From Anaerolineae bacterium (GTDB lineage: Bacteria > Chloroflexota > Anaerolineae > S140-20), in contig JALUTT010000099.1 in assembly GCA_027021705.1 (NCBI GenBank), positions 32,001 through 96,000 on the forward strand: a DNA stretch of 64,000 bases, written 5' to 3'. This document shows positions 49,162 to 58,918 of this stretch, in pieces. The translations under genes were made by a program, and so were the position numbers. Each line of letters opens with the position of its first letter. The first letter of the stretch is position 1. A model generated the notes under the pieces. That model did not search any database and was not told where the DNA came from. It saw only the letters and a list, made by a program, of their open reading frames with translations.

Positions 49162-50026
49162 GGCGAGGAACACGAAGGACACCAAGAACTCAAAGAGCAC
49201 AAAGCGGTACGAAGGGCTGGAGCCCCGCCCCCCCATCCGCTCAATCCGTTCCCCAATCCGCTGACAGCTCGTCCGCCCCGGCCACGGCGGAGGACACAAA
49301 GGACACCAAGAGCGCAAAGAGCACAAAGCGGTGCGAAGGGCTGGAGCCCCGCCCCCCATCCGTTCAATCCGCTCCCCAATCCGCTGACAGCTTGTCCGCC
49401 CCGGCCACGGCGAGGAACACGAAGAACACCAAGAACGCAAAGAGCACAAAGCGGTGCGAAAGGCTGGAGCACCGCCCCCCCATCCGTTCAATCCGCTCCC
49501 CAATCCGTTGACAGCTCGTCCGCCCCGGCCACGGCGGAGGACACAAAGGACACCAAGAGCGCAAAGAGCACAAAGCGGTACGAAGGGCTGGAGCACCGCC
49601 CCCCCATCCGCTCAATCCGTTCCCCAATCCGCTGACAGCTTGTCCGCCCCGGCCACGGCGGAGGACACAAAGGACACCAAGAGCGCAAAGAGCACAAAGC
49701 GGTACGAAAGGCTGGAGCCCCGCCCTCCCATCCGCTCAATCCGTTCCCCAATCCGCTGACAGCTTGTCCACCCCGGCCACGGCGAGGAACACGAAGAACA
49801 CCAAGAGCGCAAAGAGCACAAAGCGGTACGAAAGGCTGGAGCACCAACCCCCCATCCGCTCAATCCGTTCCCCAATCCGTTGACAGCTCGTCCGCCCCGG
49901 CCACGGCGGAGGACACAAAGGACACCAAGAGCGCAAAGAGCACAAAGCGGTGCGAAAGGCTGGAGCACCGCCCCCCCATCCGTTCAATCCGCTCCCCAAT
50001 CCGTTGACAGCTTGTCCGCCCCGGCC
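49162..50026. repeat. Tandem array of 7 x ~124-bp units
   Basis: Units start at 49162, 49286, 49409, 49533, 49657, 49781 and 49905; no unique spacers. Confidence 0.95.
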
Positions 50027-50069
50027 TGAAGCGCCGGGGCTGGGAAAGAAGAAACCCAGCACCGCCTGT

Positions 50070-50994
50070 TTACGGCGGTGCACAAGGGATGGGGGAGACG
50101 CACCGAAACCCGACGTTGACGCTCGAGATGTACGGGACGACCCTGACGCACACCGCACAGCGGGCGATCTCCTGAAAGTCGTACCACGAGCCGCCACGCA
50201 CAACGCGCGCTACCTCGTCACCTGGGGAGGGATCCTCCCGACCGTCGTCCGGGCGGTAGGGATAACCGAAGGCCGGCCGCCGCCAGTCCGGCCCCCACAG
50301 GCTCAACGTCCATTCCCACACATTCCCCGCCATGTCGGCCGCGCCATAGGGGCTATCCCCGCCCGGCAGGATCCCCACAGGTGAGGGTTGCTCGAGCCCG
50401 GCCTCGCCCGTATTGGCCCTGCCCTCTTCCCACCTGTCCCCCCAGGGCCAAGTCCGGCCGTCGGTACCCCGAGCTACCTTCTCCCATTCGGCCTCCGTCG
50501 GCAGTCGAACGATCTCGGGTGTCAGGTTCAGGGTCTGAAGTTGTCCCTCCTGCCAGACCTGTACCCTGGAACCCGTAGCTCGAAACCGCTCCTACAGCCA
50601 TCGGCAGAAAGCCATCGCTTCGTACCAGGTCACCCCCACCACCGGCTGGTTGGGAGCATTAAAGCGGGGATCGTGCCAGAAGTCGGGCCGGCCGGTCCGC
50701 TGCCACTCCCGGCGCGGCTTTCCCCGCCGCCAGGCCCAGCCGGAGCTCTCTTCGCCCCCCCACCAGGTCGGGTCGTCGTACCCACCGGCCTCGATGAAGC
50801 AGCGATATTGGGCGTTGGTGATGGGGTAGCGGCTGATCAGGAAGGCGGGCAGATCCAGTTGATGCCGGTCCCGCTCCCCCTCCAGCCATCCCCATAGGAG
50901 CTCGAGGAGTTCCTCTTGAGACAACCCTTCAGCGGTATACGTGCCGTCTTCCACCTTCTGCTGTACCCACGCTTTCCATCGCTCCACTTCCTCA
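50070..50994 (-). pseudogene. FGE-sulfatase (SUMF1/CLec-fold) domain gene, 5'-truncated with an in-frame TAG
   Basis: One frame: SRYPITNAQY...PVVGVTWYEAMAFCRWL*(50592-50594)ERF...RLPTEAEWEK.ARG...DMAGNVWEW...RGGSW...GFRCV; 5' end abuts a family B repeat. Confidence 0.85.
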
Positions 50995-51233
50995 GCGGTC
51001 CTTAATTCGTGTATTCGTGCCCCATTCGTGGACGGTCGGTCTCCCTATCTCCAAAGATATGGGGAATCACCAGGCTTGACAGCGGTGATTCCCCACAAGT
51101 GAGCGAGAGAGTGATCCGTAGCAGGCCGTCCACGAATTTCTCACAAATGCACGAATGAGGCGGCCCTTAATTCGTGTATTCGTGCCCCATTCGTGGACGG
51201 CTCGTCTCCCTATCTCCAAAGATATGGGTAATC
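50995..51233. repeat. Family B palindromic element, 1.5 tandem copies with an intervening hairpin
   Basis: 50995-51068 duplicates about 51160-51233; 51093-51212 matches 14661-14780; hairpin TGGGGAATCACC...GGTGATTCCCCA. Confidence 0.85.
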
Positions 51234-51254
51234 TAATCACCGGGCGTGACAGCG

Positions 51255-51283
51255 TTGACGGAGGGGCGGAGTTGCGGTAAACT
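51255..51283 (+). promoter_or_regulatory. Candidate sigma70 promoter
   Basis: TTGACG-N17-TAAACT upstream of the response regulator. Confidence 0.55.
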
Positions 51284-51351
51284 CCTGTGAGCAACTACCC
51301 GCACCATCGGCAGCGGCAGCGCCGCCTGCCCGACCGCGAAGGAGTTCCCTG

Positions 51352-52011
51352 ATGGCACCCATCCGTGTCCTGCTGGCCGACGACCACGCCGTGGTCCGCA
51401 AAGGTATCCGTGAGTTCCTCGAAGCGCTGGGAGAGATCGAGGTGGTGGCCGAGGCGGCCGATGGCGAGGAGGCCAAAGCCCTCATCCGCCAGCACCGGCC
51501 CGACGTCGCCATCCTCGACATCCGCATGCCCAAGGCCACCGGCATCGAGGTCACCCGCTGGATCCGGGATCAGGAGATCCCCATCGGCGTGCTCATCCTG
51601 ACCGCCTACGACGACGATCCCTTCGTCCTGGCCGCCCTCCAGGCCGGTGCCAACGGCTACGTGCTCAAGACGGCCGAGGCCGAGGAGATCGTCGCCGCCG
51701 TCCAGGCCGTCCACCGGGGGCAGTCCGCCCTCGACCCGGTCATCGCCCGCAAGCTGATGGCCCACCTGGCCAGCCCCGCCTCCACGGCCAGGCCGGTCGA
51801 GCCGCTGACCGCCCGCGAACGCCAGGTCCTGGAGTTGGCCGCCCGGGGCCTGACCAACCGCGCCATCGGTATGGAGCTGGGGATCAGCAACCGCACCGTC
51901 CAGGGCCACCTGGCCAACATCTACGCCAAGCTCCAGGTGGGCAGCCGCACCGAGGCGGTGACCAAAGCCCTCCGCCTGGGCATCATCCGCCTGCCGGAGG
52001 AGGCGTCGTGA
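51352..52011 (+). CDS. NarL/LuxR-family response regulator
   Basis: LLADDH, ILDIRMP, LTARERQVL HTH. Confidence 0.95.
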   Translation: MAPIRVLLADDHAVVRKGIREFLEALGEIEVVAEAADGEEAKALIRQHRPDVAILDIRMPKATGIEVTRWIRDQEIPIGVLILTAYDDDPFVLAALQAGANGYVLKTAEAEEIVAAVQAVHRGQSALDPVIARKLMAHLASPASTARPVEPLTARERQVLELAARGLTNRAIGMELGISNRTVQGHLANIYAKLQVGSRTEAVTKALRLGIIRLPEEAS

Positions 52012-53708
52012 GGAAGAGGTGGGCTTCCGTCAGCCTGCGCAGCCTCCAGGTCCAAATCCTCCTCTGGACCATCCTCCCCCTCACCATCCTCCTCATCGCC
52101 CTCTCCCTCACCGGCATCCGCAGCCACCAACACTCGATGCGCCTCCTGGTCGCCGAACGGGACGCCGGGCTGGCCCGGCTGCTGGCCGACGACATCGCCA
52201 CCGCGCTGGCACGCTACACCACCGGCCTGCAGGTCCTGGCCGCGTCCGAGGCCCTGCGCCACGGCGACAGCCAGACTGTCAAGATCGCCCTGACCGAGGC
52301 CAGCCACCAGATGGACGGGATGGTCCTCCTGACCGTGGACGCCTCAGGACGGGTCCTGACCGGCCCCCCGGTGCTGCCCGCCTGGACCGATGAGGCCGTC
52401 CGCCACCTCCTGACCGCCCCCCAGGCGATGCACGCACCCGCCGTCACCACGATGGCCGACCAACGGACCCTCGTCTGGAGCATTCCCCTGGGGCAGGAGG
52501 GCTCAACGTCGAGCCCTCGGAGTTGGCTGCTGGCCGGCCTGCCCCTGGACGCGCTGTCCCTGGCCCGGCTGCGCGAGACCAGCCACCTGAGCCAGGTGGG
52601 AACCGTCGTCCTGGTGGACCAAGAGAAGCGTGTCCTCTACGCCAGCGGCCCCCTGGTGGACGGCGAGACCTTGGACGACGGGCCAGGGGTCGCGCCCGCC
52701 CTGGCCGGTGAGCACGGTGTCCTCTTCGTCCCCACCCCCCAGGGCGAGTTGGTCGTCGCCTACACCCCCGTCCCCGGCCCCGGCTGGGCCCTTGTCCTGC
52801 GCGAACCGTGGGAGTCGCTGGCCGCCCCGCTCCTGCGCTTCGACCGGGTGATGCCCTTCGTCCTGCTCACCGCCGCCGTCGTTTCCCTCCTCACCCTCTT
52901 CTTCGGCCTGCGCTACGTCGTCCGCCCCCTGCAGAAGCTGGAGGCCCAAGCCCGCCAGATCGGCCTGGGGGACTTCGAGGCCGTCGCCGACCCGGTGGGG
53001 GGCGTCAAGGAGATCGAAGAGCTGCGCCGCACCCTCGACCAGATGGCCCACCAGGTCCAGCGCTACCAGGATGCCCTGGAAGCCTACCTGGGCGCGATGA
53101 CCCGGGCCCAGGAGGAGGAACGGGCCCGGCTGGCCCGGGAGCTGCACGACGAAACGGTCCAGACCCTCATCGCCCTCAACCAGCGGGTCCAGATGGTGCA
53201 GCGGACCCTGGAACGGGATCCGCCCCATGCCGCCGAGCGGCTGGCCGAACTGCGGACGATGCTCAGCGAAGCCGTCGAGGAAGTGCGTCGCTTCAGCCGG
53301 GCCTTGCGCCCCCTCTACCTGGAGGAGCTGGGGCTGGTGCCGGCCCTGGAGATGCTGGCCCGAGAGGCCGGGGCCTTCTTCCGCTACAGTGGCCCCCTCC
53401 GCCGTCTGACCGCTGAGCAAGAGCTGGCCTTCTACCGCATCGCCCAGGAGGCGTTGAGCAACGTCCAGCGCCACGCCAACGCCTCCCACGCCGAGATCGA
53501 ACTGACCTTTGCCCAGGACAGGGTGCTCCTGCGGGTGTGGGACGACGGGAGGGGCTTCGCCGTCCCGGAACGCCTCACCGACCTGACCCGCAACGGTCAC
53601 TTCGGACTGATGGGGATGTACGAACGGGCCCAGCTCATCGGGGGCCGGCTGACCATCACCTCAACCCCCGGCCACGGAACGACCGTCGAAGTGGAGCTCC
53701 CCCTCTGA
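52008..53708 (+). CDS. Sensor histidine kinase (Cache-like, HAMP, HisKA_3)
   Basis: Two TM segments, EERARLARELHDETVQ, QEALSNV, DDGRGF. Confidence 0.93.
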   Translation: MRKRWASVSLRSLQVQILLWTILPLTILLIALSLTGIRSHQHSMRLLVAERDAGLARLLADDIATALARYTTGLQVLAASEALRHGDSQTVKIALTEASHQMDGMVLLTVDASGRVLTGPPVLPAWTDEAVRHLLTAPQAMHAPAVTTMADQRTLVWSIPLGQEGSTSSPRSWLLAGLPLDALSLARLRETSHLSQVGTVVLVDQEKRVLYASGPLVDGETLDDGPGVAPALAGEHGVLFVPTPQGELVVAYTPVPGPGWALVLREPWESLAAPLLRFDRVMPFVLLTAAVVSLLTLFFGLRYVVRPLQKLEAQARQIGLGDFEAVADPVGGVKEIEELRRTLDQMAHQVQRYQDALEAYLGAMTRAQEEERARLARELHDETVQTLIALNQRVQMVQRTLERDPPHAAERLAELRTMLSEAVEEVRRFSRALRPLYLEELGLVPALEMLAREAGAFFRYSGPLRRLTAEQELAFYRIAQEALSNVQRHANASHAEIELTFAQDRVLLRVWDDGRGFAVPERLTDLTRNGHFGLMGMYERAQLIGGRLTITSTPGHGTTVEVELPL

Positions 53709-53872
53709 CCGATGCGCCATTTGGCGGGGTGGCCAATGCGCCGAAAAGCCCTTGCGGACGTCCGAGAGCTATGCTACACTCCTGGTCAAACCCGCCAGGC
53801 GCCAAAGCGCGGGATAAGCCTGCGAGGGCCGGGGCGTTGAAAAGCCCCGGACAAGCCTTGCGAAGGTGGAGT

Positions 53873-54097
53873 ATGGCACGAGCACGGGTCAAACGTCGAA
53901 AAGAAGAGAAGCCGCGAGACTGGCTTCCCCTGGTCGCCTTCCTGGGGACGATGGCGGGGTTCCTGGGGGCCTACCTGGGTGCTGAGGTCCTGCTGGGCAC
54001 CCGGCCCCACCCGCTGCACTGGCTGGTGGCAGGCTCGGGGGGCCTCCTGGGTTATCTGGGTGGGATGATCCGATACTGGCGTCGAGGAGACCTATGA
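53873..54097 (+). CDS. Small two-TM membrane protein
   Basis: ATG with GGAG RBS; stop overlaps next start (ATGA); HPLHW motif. Confidence 0.65.
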   Translation: MARARVKRRKEEKPRDWLPLVAFLGTMAGFLGAYLGAEVLLGTRPHPLHWLVAGSGGLLGYLGGMIRYWRRGDL

Positions 54098-54498
54098 ACG
54101 AGTTGATGCGGGTGGCTAGGGACTGGCAGGAGGTGGTGGAACGCCTGATCCAGGCGCTGGAGACGCAGGGAATGCGCGTCTACCGCAGCTTCGATCTGCG
54201 CACCGCCCTTGCCGCTCTCCCTGATTGCGGCTGCCCCCATCACGGCACCGAACAGTGCACCTGCCAGTACGCCGTGCTGCTGGTCTACGGGGATGCCCCC
54301 TCGCCGGCTCAGGTGGTGACCCACGGGCGCGATGGGCAGACCTGGCTCTCCGTGCTCGGCGCTGACGACCCCTCCCCTTCGCTGAAGGCCCGTATCCTGG
54401 AGCTGCTGACGGCCACCTTCACGCCGGAAGAGCGGGGGTATCGGCACGCCACCCCCACGGGCGTCGCCGGAACCATCCCCCGCACCCCTTCGCCATGA
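54094..54498 (+). CDS. Hypothetical Cys/His-rich protein
   Basis: RSFDLR..., CGCPHHGTEQCTCQ possible metal-binding motif. Confidence 0.7.
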   Translation: MNELMRVARDWQEVVERLIQALETQGMRVYRSFDLRTALAALPDCGCPHHGTEQCTCQYAVLLVYGDAPSPAQVVTHGRDGQTWLSVLGADDPSPSLKARILELLTATFTPEERGYRHATPTGVAGTIPRTPSP

Positions 54499-54525
54499 TC
54501 CATCGGATGGGCAACGGAGAGACCT

Positions 54526-55320
54526 ATGGACCAACCGAGCACGAAAAAGGTGGTGACCGGTCGCACGCGCACCGTGGTCATCTGGCTACAACGCCGGATC
54601 CTGGAGCTCAGCCGCCACTGGCTGGCCTGGGCCAACCTCTTCTGGGGCCTGATGGTGGGCCTGCCTTGGCTGGCCCCGGTCCTGATGAAGCTGGGGGCCA
54701 CGACCCCGGCCCGGGCCATCTACTTCGTCTACGGCTTCCTCTGCCACCAGTTCGCCAACCGCTCCTTCTTCCTCTTCGGCCCCAAGACGATGTACGCCTA
54801 CACGGAGCTGCTGCCCTACGCTCCCGACGCCAACACCTGGCTGGGGCTGCGGGCCTTCATCGGCAACGCCGAACTGGGCTACAAGGTCGCCTGGTCCGAC
54901 CGGATGGTCTCGATGTACGGCGGCGTCTTCCTGGGCGGATTGCTCTTCGCCCTGCTGCGCCACCGGATGAAACCCCTCTCCTGGCGCACCTTCGGGCTGA
55001 TGATCCTTCCGATGATCGTGGACGGCTCCACCCACTGGATCAGCGACCTGGCCGGCGTCGGTCAGGGCTTCCGCTACCACAACGGCTGGCTGGCGACGCT
55101 CACCGGGAACCTCTTCCCCTCCAGCTTCTACGTGGGCAACGCCCTGGGCTCCTTCAACTCCTGGATGCGGCTGATCACCGGCCTGCTCTTCGGGCTGGCG
55201 ATAGTCTGGATGGTCTACCCGCTGATGGAAGCCTCCTTCCAGGACGTGCGCCAGACGCTGGAGCCCCGGATGCGGCGGCTTCGCTCCCCGCTCCCCCAGA
55301 CCGTGATAGATGTCACGTGA
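54526..55320 (+). CDS. DUF2085-like membrane protein
   Basis: LPWLAPVLM, LCHQ...RSF, RLITGLLFG. Confidence 0.75.
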   Translation: MDQPSTKKVVTGRTRTVVIWLQRRILELSRHWLAWANLFWGLMVGLPWLAPVLMKLGATTPARAIYFVYGFLCHQFANRSFFLFGPKTMYAYTELLPYAPDANTWLGLRAFIGNAELGYKVAWSDRMVSMYGGVFLGGLLFALLRHRMKPLSWRTFGLMILPMIVDGSTHWISDLAGVGQGFRYHNGWLATLTGNLFPSSFYVGNALGSFNSWMRLITGLLFGLAIVWMVYPLMEASFQDVRQTLEPRMRRLRSPLPQTVIDVT

Positions 55321-55515
55321 TATTTGTCACCTATTCCCCTCGCCATTTGGCCTGCTCCCAACCCCGCCATTCGGCGCTGGCAACCGCCTTCCTTCTATGG
55401 TATGCTCTTCCCCAAGAAGCCCCGTGGCCCTCCCAAGGCCAGGTCCGGGAGGCAGCCGGGGGCTCCCCACCATCTCTAGCCGATTACTATCTCCTCGTCG
55501 GAAGGACGGTTCGCC

Positions 55516-56766
55516 ATGCACCGTTGGCAACGATGGATTTCCGGGCTGAGCCTGCTGATCATCTTGGCGGGATGGGCAATGCCGGTCCTGGCCCAATCGG
55601 AGACGACCGAGGGCTTCCACATCTTCTTCAGCGCCGGCTGCGCCGATTGCTGGCCCTACGTCGAAGAGGTCCTGGTGCCGGCCCTCCAGGCCGGCGGTGT
55701 CACCGCAGAGCCGGTCATCCACGACTTCACCCGTCCCGGTGGTCGCCAGTTGCTGGCCGACCAGGCCAGAGCGGTCGGGCTGCCGCGTCGGATCGCCGAC
55801 TCCCTCTACGCCTTCGTCCCCCGTCCCGACGGCGGCTTCCTGGTCGTGCTGGGCCACGTGCCCGGCCCGCTGCTGGAGGAGTTGCTGGCCCGCGACGACC
55901 TGCCCCGCAAGCTGGTCATCCAGCAGCCCAAGATGCACGGCCAGCCCGAAGAGTACCGCCTCTGGTCCTTCACCGGCGAGATGCTGAGCTTCCCCATCAA
56001 CACGCCGTTGGACGAGGCGATCCCGCTGTTGCCCCCCACCCCCAGCCAATCGCTGCTGGACCCCGCCGAGGCCAACCTGGCCACGCTGCTGCCGGCCGTC
56101 GTCGTCACGGGCCTGCTGGACAGCGTCAACCCCTGCGCCTTCGCCGTCATCCTCCTGCTGCTCGCCTTCCTCTTCACCCTGCGCAAGAGCCGGGGCCAGG
56201 TCCTGAAGCTGGGGGCCATCTACGTGGCCATGATCTTCCTCGTCTACTTTGCCATCGGCCTCGGCATCCTGAGCACGGTCCGGCTGAGCGACGACCCCCA
56301 CTTCGTCGCCCGCATCGGCAGCTACCTGCTCATCGGGCTGGGGGTGCTGAACCTGATCGAGTACCGGTGGCCCCGCTTCCCCATCAAGCTGCACATGCCG
56401 GCCGTCGCCCACAAGAAGGTCAACCAGCTCCTGAAGGTAGCGACCGTACCGGCCACCATCGGGGTGGGCCTCATCGTCGGACTCTGCACCTTTCCCTGCT
56501 CCGGCGGCGTCTACGTCAGCATCATCACGCTGCTGAACGCCAAGACGACGATGGCCTGGGGGCTGGCCTACCTGACGCTGTACAACCTTCTCTTCGTCCT
56601 TCCGCTGGTCGTGATCCTGCTGGCCGTCGGCAACCGGGTCACCGCCAAGCGGTGGGCAGCCTGGGAACGGGAGCACGCCTTGGCCCTGCGGCTCTGGTTT
56701 GGTCTGATGATGATTGGTCTGGGAGTGCTGATGTTGACCGTCGTAATCCCCTCGGGAGGTGTGTGA
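55516..56766 (+). CDS. Thioredoxin-like domain fused to CcdA/DsbD-beta-type membrane domain
   Basis: Signal peptide, GCADC, DSVNPCAF, FPCSGGVY. Confidence 0.8.
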   Translation: MHRWQRWISGLSLLIILAGWAMPVLAQSETTEGFHIFFSAGCADCWPYVEEVLVPALQAGGVTAEPVIHDFTRPGGRQLLADQARAVGLPRRIADSLYAFVPRPDGGFLVVLGHVPGPLLEELLARDDLPRKLVIQQPKMHGQPEEYRLWSFTGEMLSFPINTPLDEAIPLLPPTPSQSLLDPAEANLATLLPAVVVTGLLDSVNPCAFAVILLLLAFLFTLRKSRGQVLKLGAIYVAMIFLVYFAIGLGILSTVRLSDDPHFVARIGSYLLIGLGVLNLIEYRWPRFPIKLHMPAVAHKKVNQLLKVATVPATIGVGLIVGLCTFPCSGGVYVSIITLLNAKTTMAWGLAYLTLYNLLFVLPLVVILLAVGNRVTAKRWAAWEREHALALRLWFGLMMIGLGVLMLTVVIPSGGV

Positions 56767-57399
56767 GTGGTGCTGAACATCAACGTGAAAGAGACTATGG
56801 CGACGCGAGCGCGTTACAACCGCATCGCGCCGCTCTATGATTTTTTGGAGACGTTGGCCGAACGTCGCTACCGGAACTGGCGACAGCGCGTCTGGTCCCT
56901 CGTGGAAGGGCCGAAGGTGCTGGAGGTCGGCGTGGGAACCGGTAAGAATATGCCCTACTACCCTCCGGGGGTCCAGGTGACCGGCGTGGACCTGAGCGAG
57001 AAGATGCTGCTCCGCGCCCGACGCCGGGCCGAAAGGATGGGCCTCTCGGTGGCCCTCTTGCAGATGGACGCCCAGGTCCTAGACTTCCCCGATGACACCT
57101 TCGACAGCGCCGTCGCCACCTTCGTCTTCTGCTCCGTGCCCGACCCGGTGCAGGGACTGCGGGAGATGGCCCGCGTGGTCAGGCCGGGAGGTCGGATCGT
57201 GCTGCTGGAACACGTGCGGGCAGAACACCCCCTCCTGGGGCGGCTGATGGATCTGCTCGATCCGCTCGTCGCCCGGCTGATGGGGCCTCACATCAACCGG
57301 GAGACGGTGGAGAACGTGCGACGAGCGGGGCTTACCTTGGAACGGGTGGAAGACGTTGGCATGGGGGGGATCTTCAAGTTGATCGTAGCCAAGATCTAG
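56767..57399 (+). CDS. Class I SAM-dependent methyltransferase (PmtA/UbiE-like)
   Basis: VLEVGVGTG, FVFCSVPDP, LLEHV. Confidence 0.9.
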   Translation: MVLNINVKETMATRARYNRIAPLYDFLETLAERRYRNWRQRVWSLVEGPKVLEVGVGTGKNMPYYPPGVQVTGVDLSEKMLLRARRRAERMGLSVALLQMDAQVLDFPDDTFDSAVATFVFCSVPDPVQGLREMARVVRPGGRIVLLEHVRAEHPLLGRLMDLLDPLVARLMGPHINRETVENVRRAGLTLERVEDVGMGGIFKLIVAKI

Positions 57400-57443
57400 C
57401 CAAGGTCAGCCAAGGTCAGCCAAGGTCGGAGGAGAGGAACACG

Positions 57444-58040
57444 TTGGAACGCAAGCTGCCGGACTGGGACAACCGGACCACCTGGCGGGGGCTGATGGCC
57501 TTGCTCTTGGTCGCGGGCCTGGCCTGGATCGCCCTCAGCCGGGTGCCTGAAGGGGAGATCACCACCCGCCACGACCGTCCTCCCCAGCCCCAACGGGGCT
57601 TCCCGGCCCCGGACCTCTCACTGGAGACGTTGGAAGGGCAGACGATCGCCCTCTCCGACCTGCGGGGCCAAGCGGTGATCATCAACTTCTGGGCCACCTG
57701 GTGTCCGCCCTGCCGCGCGGAGATGCCGGCCCTCCAGAAGGTCTACGAACGGTATCGGGACCAGGGCCTGACCATCCTGGCCGTCAACCAGCAAGAGAGC
57801 AACGGACGGGTGGCCGACTTCACCGCTCAGTTCGGCCTCACCTTCCCCATCCTGATGGATCGGGATGGCCGCGTCTTCGCCCGCTACCGGGTCACCGCCC
57901 TGCCCACCACCTTCTTCGTGGACCGGGAGGGGATCATCCGAGAGGTGACCATCGGCGGACCGATGAGCGAGCCCTTCATCGAGAGTCAAGTCACGGCGCT
58001 GCTGGGGACCACCACGGCCCGTCAGGAGCCTGAGGGATAG
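57444..58040 (+). CDS. TlpA/ResA-family membrane-anchored disulfide reductase
   Basis: INFWATWCPPCRAEMP, LPTTFFVD. Confidence 0.93.
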   Translation: MERKLPDWDNRTTWRGLMALLLVAGLAWIALSRVPEGEITTRHDRPPQPQRGFPAPDLSLETLEGQTIALSDLRGQAVIINFWATWCPPCRAEMPALQKVYERYRDQGLTILAVNQQESNGRVADFTAQFGLTFPILMDRDGRVFARYRVTALPTTFFVDREGIIREVTIGGPMSEPFIESQVTALLGTTTARQEPEG

Positions 58041-58053
58041 CCGGAGGCCGACG

Positions 58054-58833
58054 ATGGCACCAACGCTCAACCTCTTCGGCGCTGCCGTCCGGGTCTACGG
58101 GCTGATCCTCCTCCTGGCCGCTTGGGCCGGGTTGTGGCTGGCGGCCCGTCAGGCCCGACGGCTGGGGCTGAATGAAGACCACGTCTACAACTTGGGCTTC
58201 TACGCCCTGCTGGCCACACTGCTGGGGGCGCGGCTGGCCTACGTCCTCCGCTACTGGTCCGTCTACCAGGACGCCCTCCTCTCGGCCCTCTCACCGACGC
58301 CAACGGCGCTGGCCTGGTCGGAGGGGGCGCTCATTGGTGCGGTGACCGCCATCGCCTACGGCAGCCGCCGCCGGCTGCCCGTGGGGGCCACGCTGGATGC
58401 CCTCGCACCGGGAGCGGCCCTGGCCCTGGCCCTGGAACGGCTGGGAGCCTTCCTCGACGGCAGGGGCTTCGGAGAGCCGACAACGCTCCCTTGGGGTGTC
58501 CACCTGTGGGACGAGGTCCGCCACCCGGTCCAGCTCTACGAGATGGCAGCGCTGCTGATCATCCTGGGAGTCCTCTGGTGGGGAGTGAAGCGCAGCCCCT
58601 TCCAGGGCTACCGCTTCACCCTGTTCGCGGCCCTCTACGCCGGCGCCCGCCTCTTCCTAGAGGCCTTCCGGGCCGACGCCCCCCTGATGGCCAACGGCGT
58701 GCGGACCGTCCAGGTCATCGCGTTGGGAGTGATGCTGGGGGCCATCGGCTACCTCTACCGCCGTCGCTTCCCCCCACCGGCTCCCCAGGAACCACCTGCC
58801 GGTCACGCCCCCCAGGGGTCTGGGGCAGAGTAG
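58054..58833 (+). CDS. lgt: Prolipoprotein diacylglyceryl transferase family protein (divergent)
   Basis: YGL, GARLAYV, RLGAFLDG..FG.PT.LPWG, RHPVQLYE, R..LE.FR. Confidence 0.75.
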   Translation: MAPTLNLFGAAVRVYGLILLLAAWAGLWLAARQARRLGLNEDHVYNLGFYALLATLLGARLAYVLRYWSVYQDALLSALSPTPTALAWSEGALIGAVTAIAYGSRRRLPVGATLDALAPGAALALALERLGAFLDGRGFGEPTTLPWGVHLWDEVRHPVQLYEMAALLIILGVLWWGVKRSPFQGYRFTLFAALYAGARLFLEAFRADAPLMANGVRTVQVIALGVMLGAIGYLYRRRFPPPAPQEPPAGHAPQGSGAE

Positions 58834-58918
58834 AGCCCGCCGGTCGGACACTTCCCTTGGGAATCCGACCGGGGATTGAAGCAATGACCGTCAAATCCAC
58901 CAACGAGAGGGAATGGCT

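Noticed and set aside
49162..50026. CRISPR array
   Set aside because: Whole 124-bp units repeat with no unique spacers, and no cas genes are in the window
48864..50203. Repetitive ORFs across the tandem array
   Set aside because: They arise from translating a repeat whose period is not a multiple of 3
50592..50594. Pyrrolysine or programmed amber readthrough in the FGE gene
   Set aside because: The gene is also 5'-truncated, CAG to TAG decay is simpler, and no pyl genes are visible
57398..57428. (AGCCAAGGTC)x3 as a regulatory site
   Set aside because: Short intra-operon duplication with no promoter evidence; likely slippage
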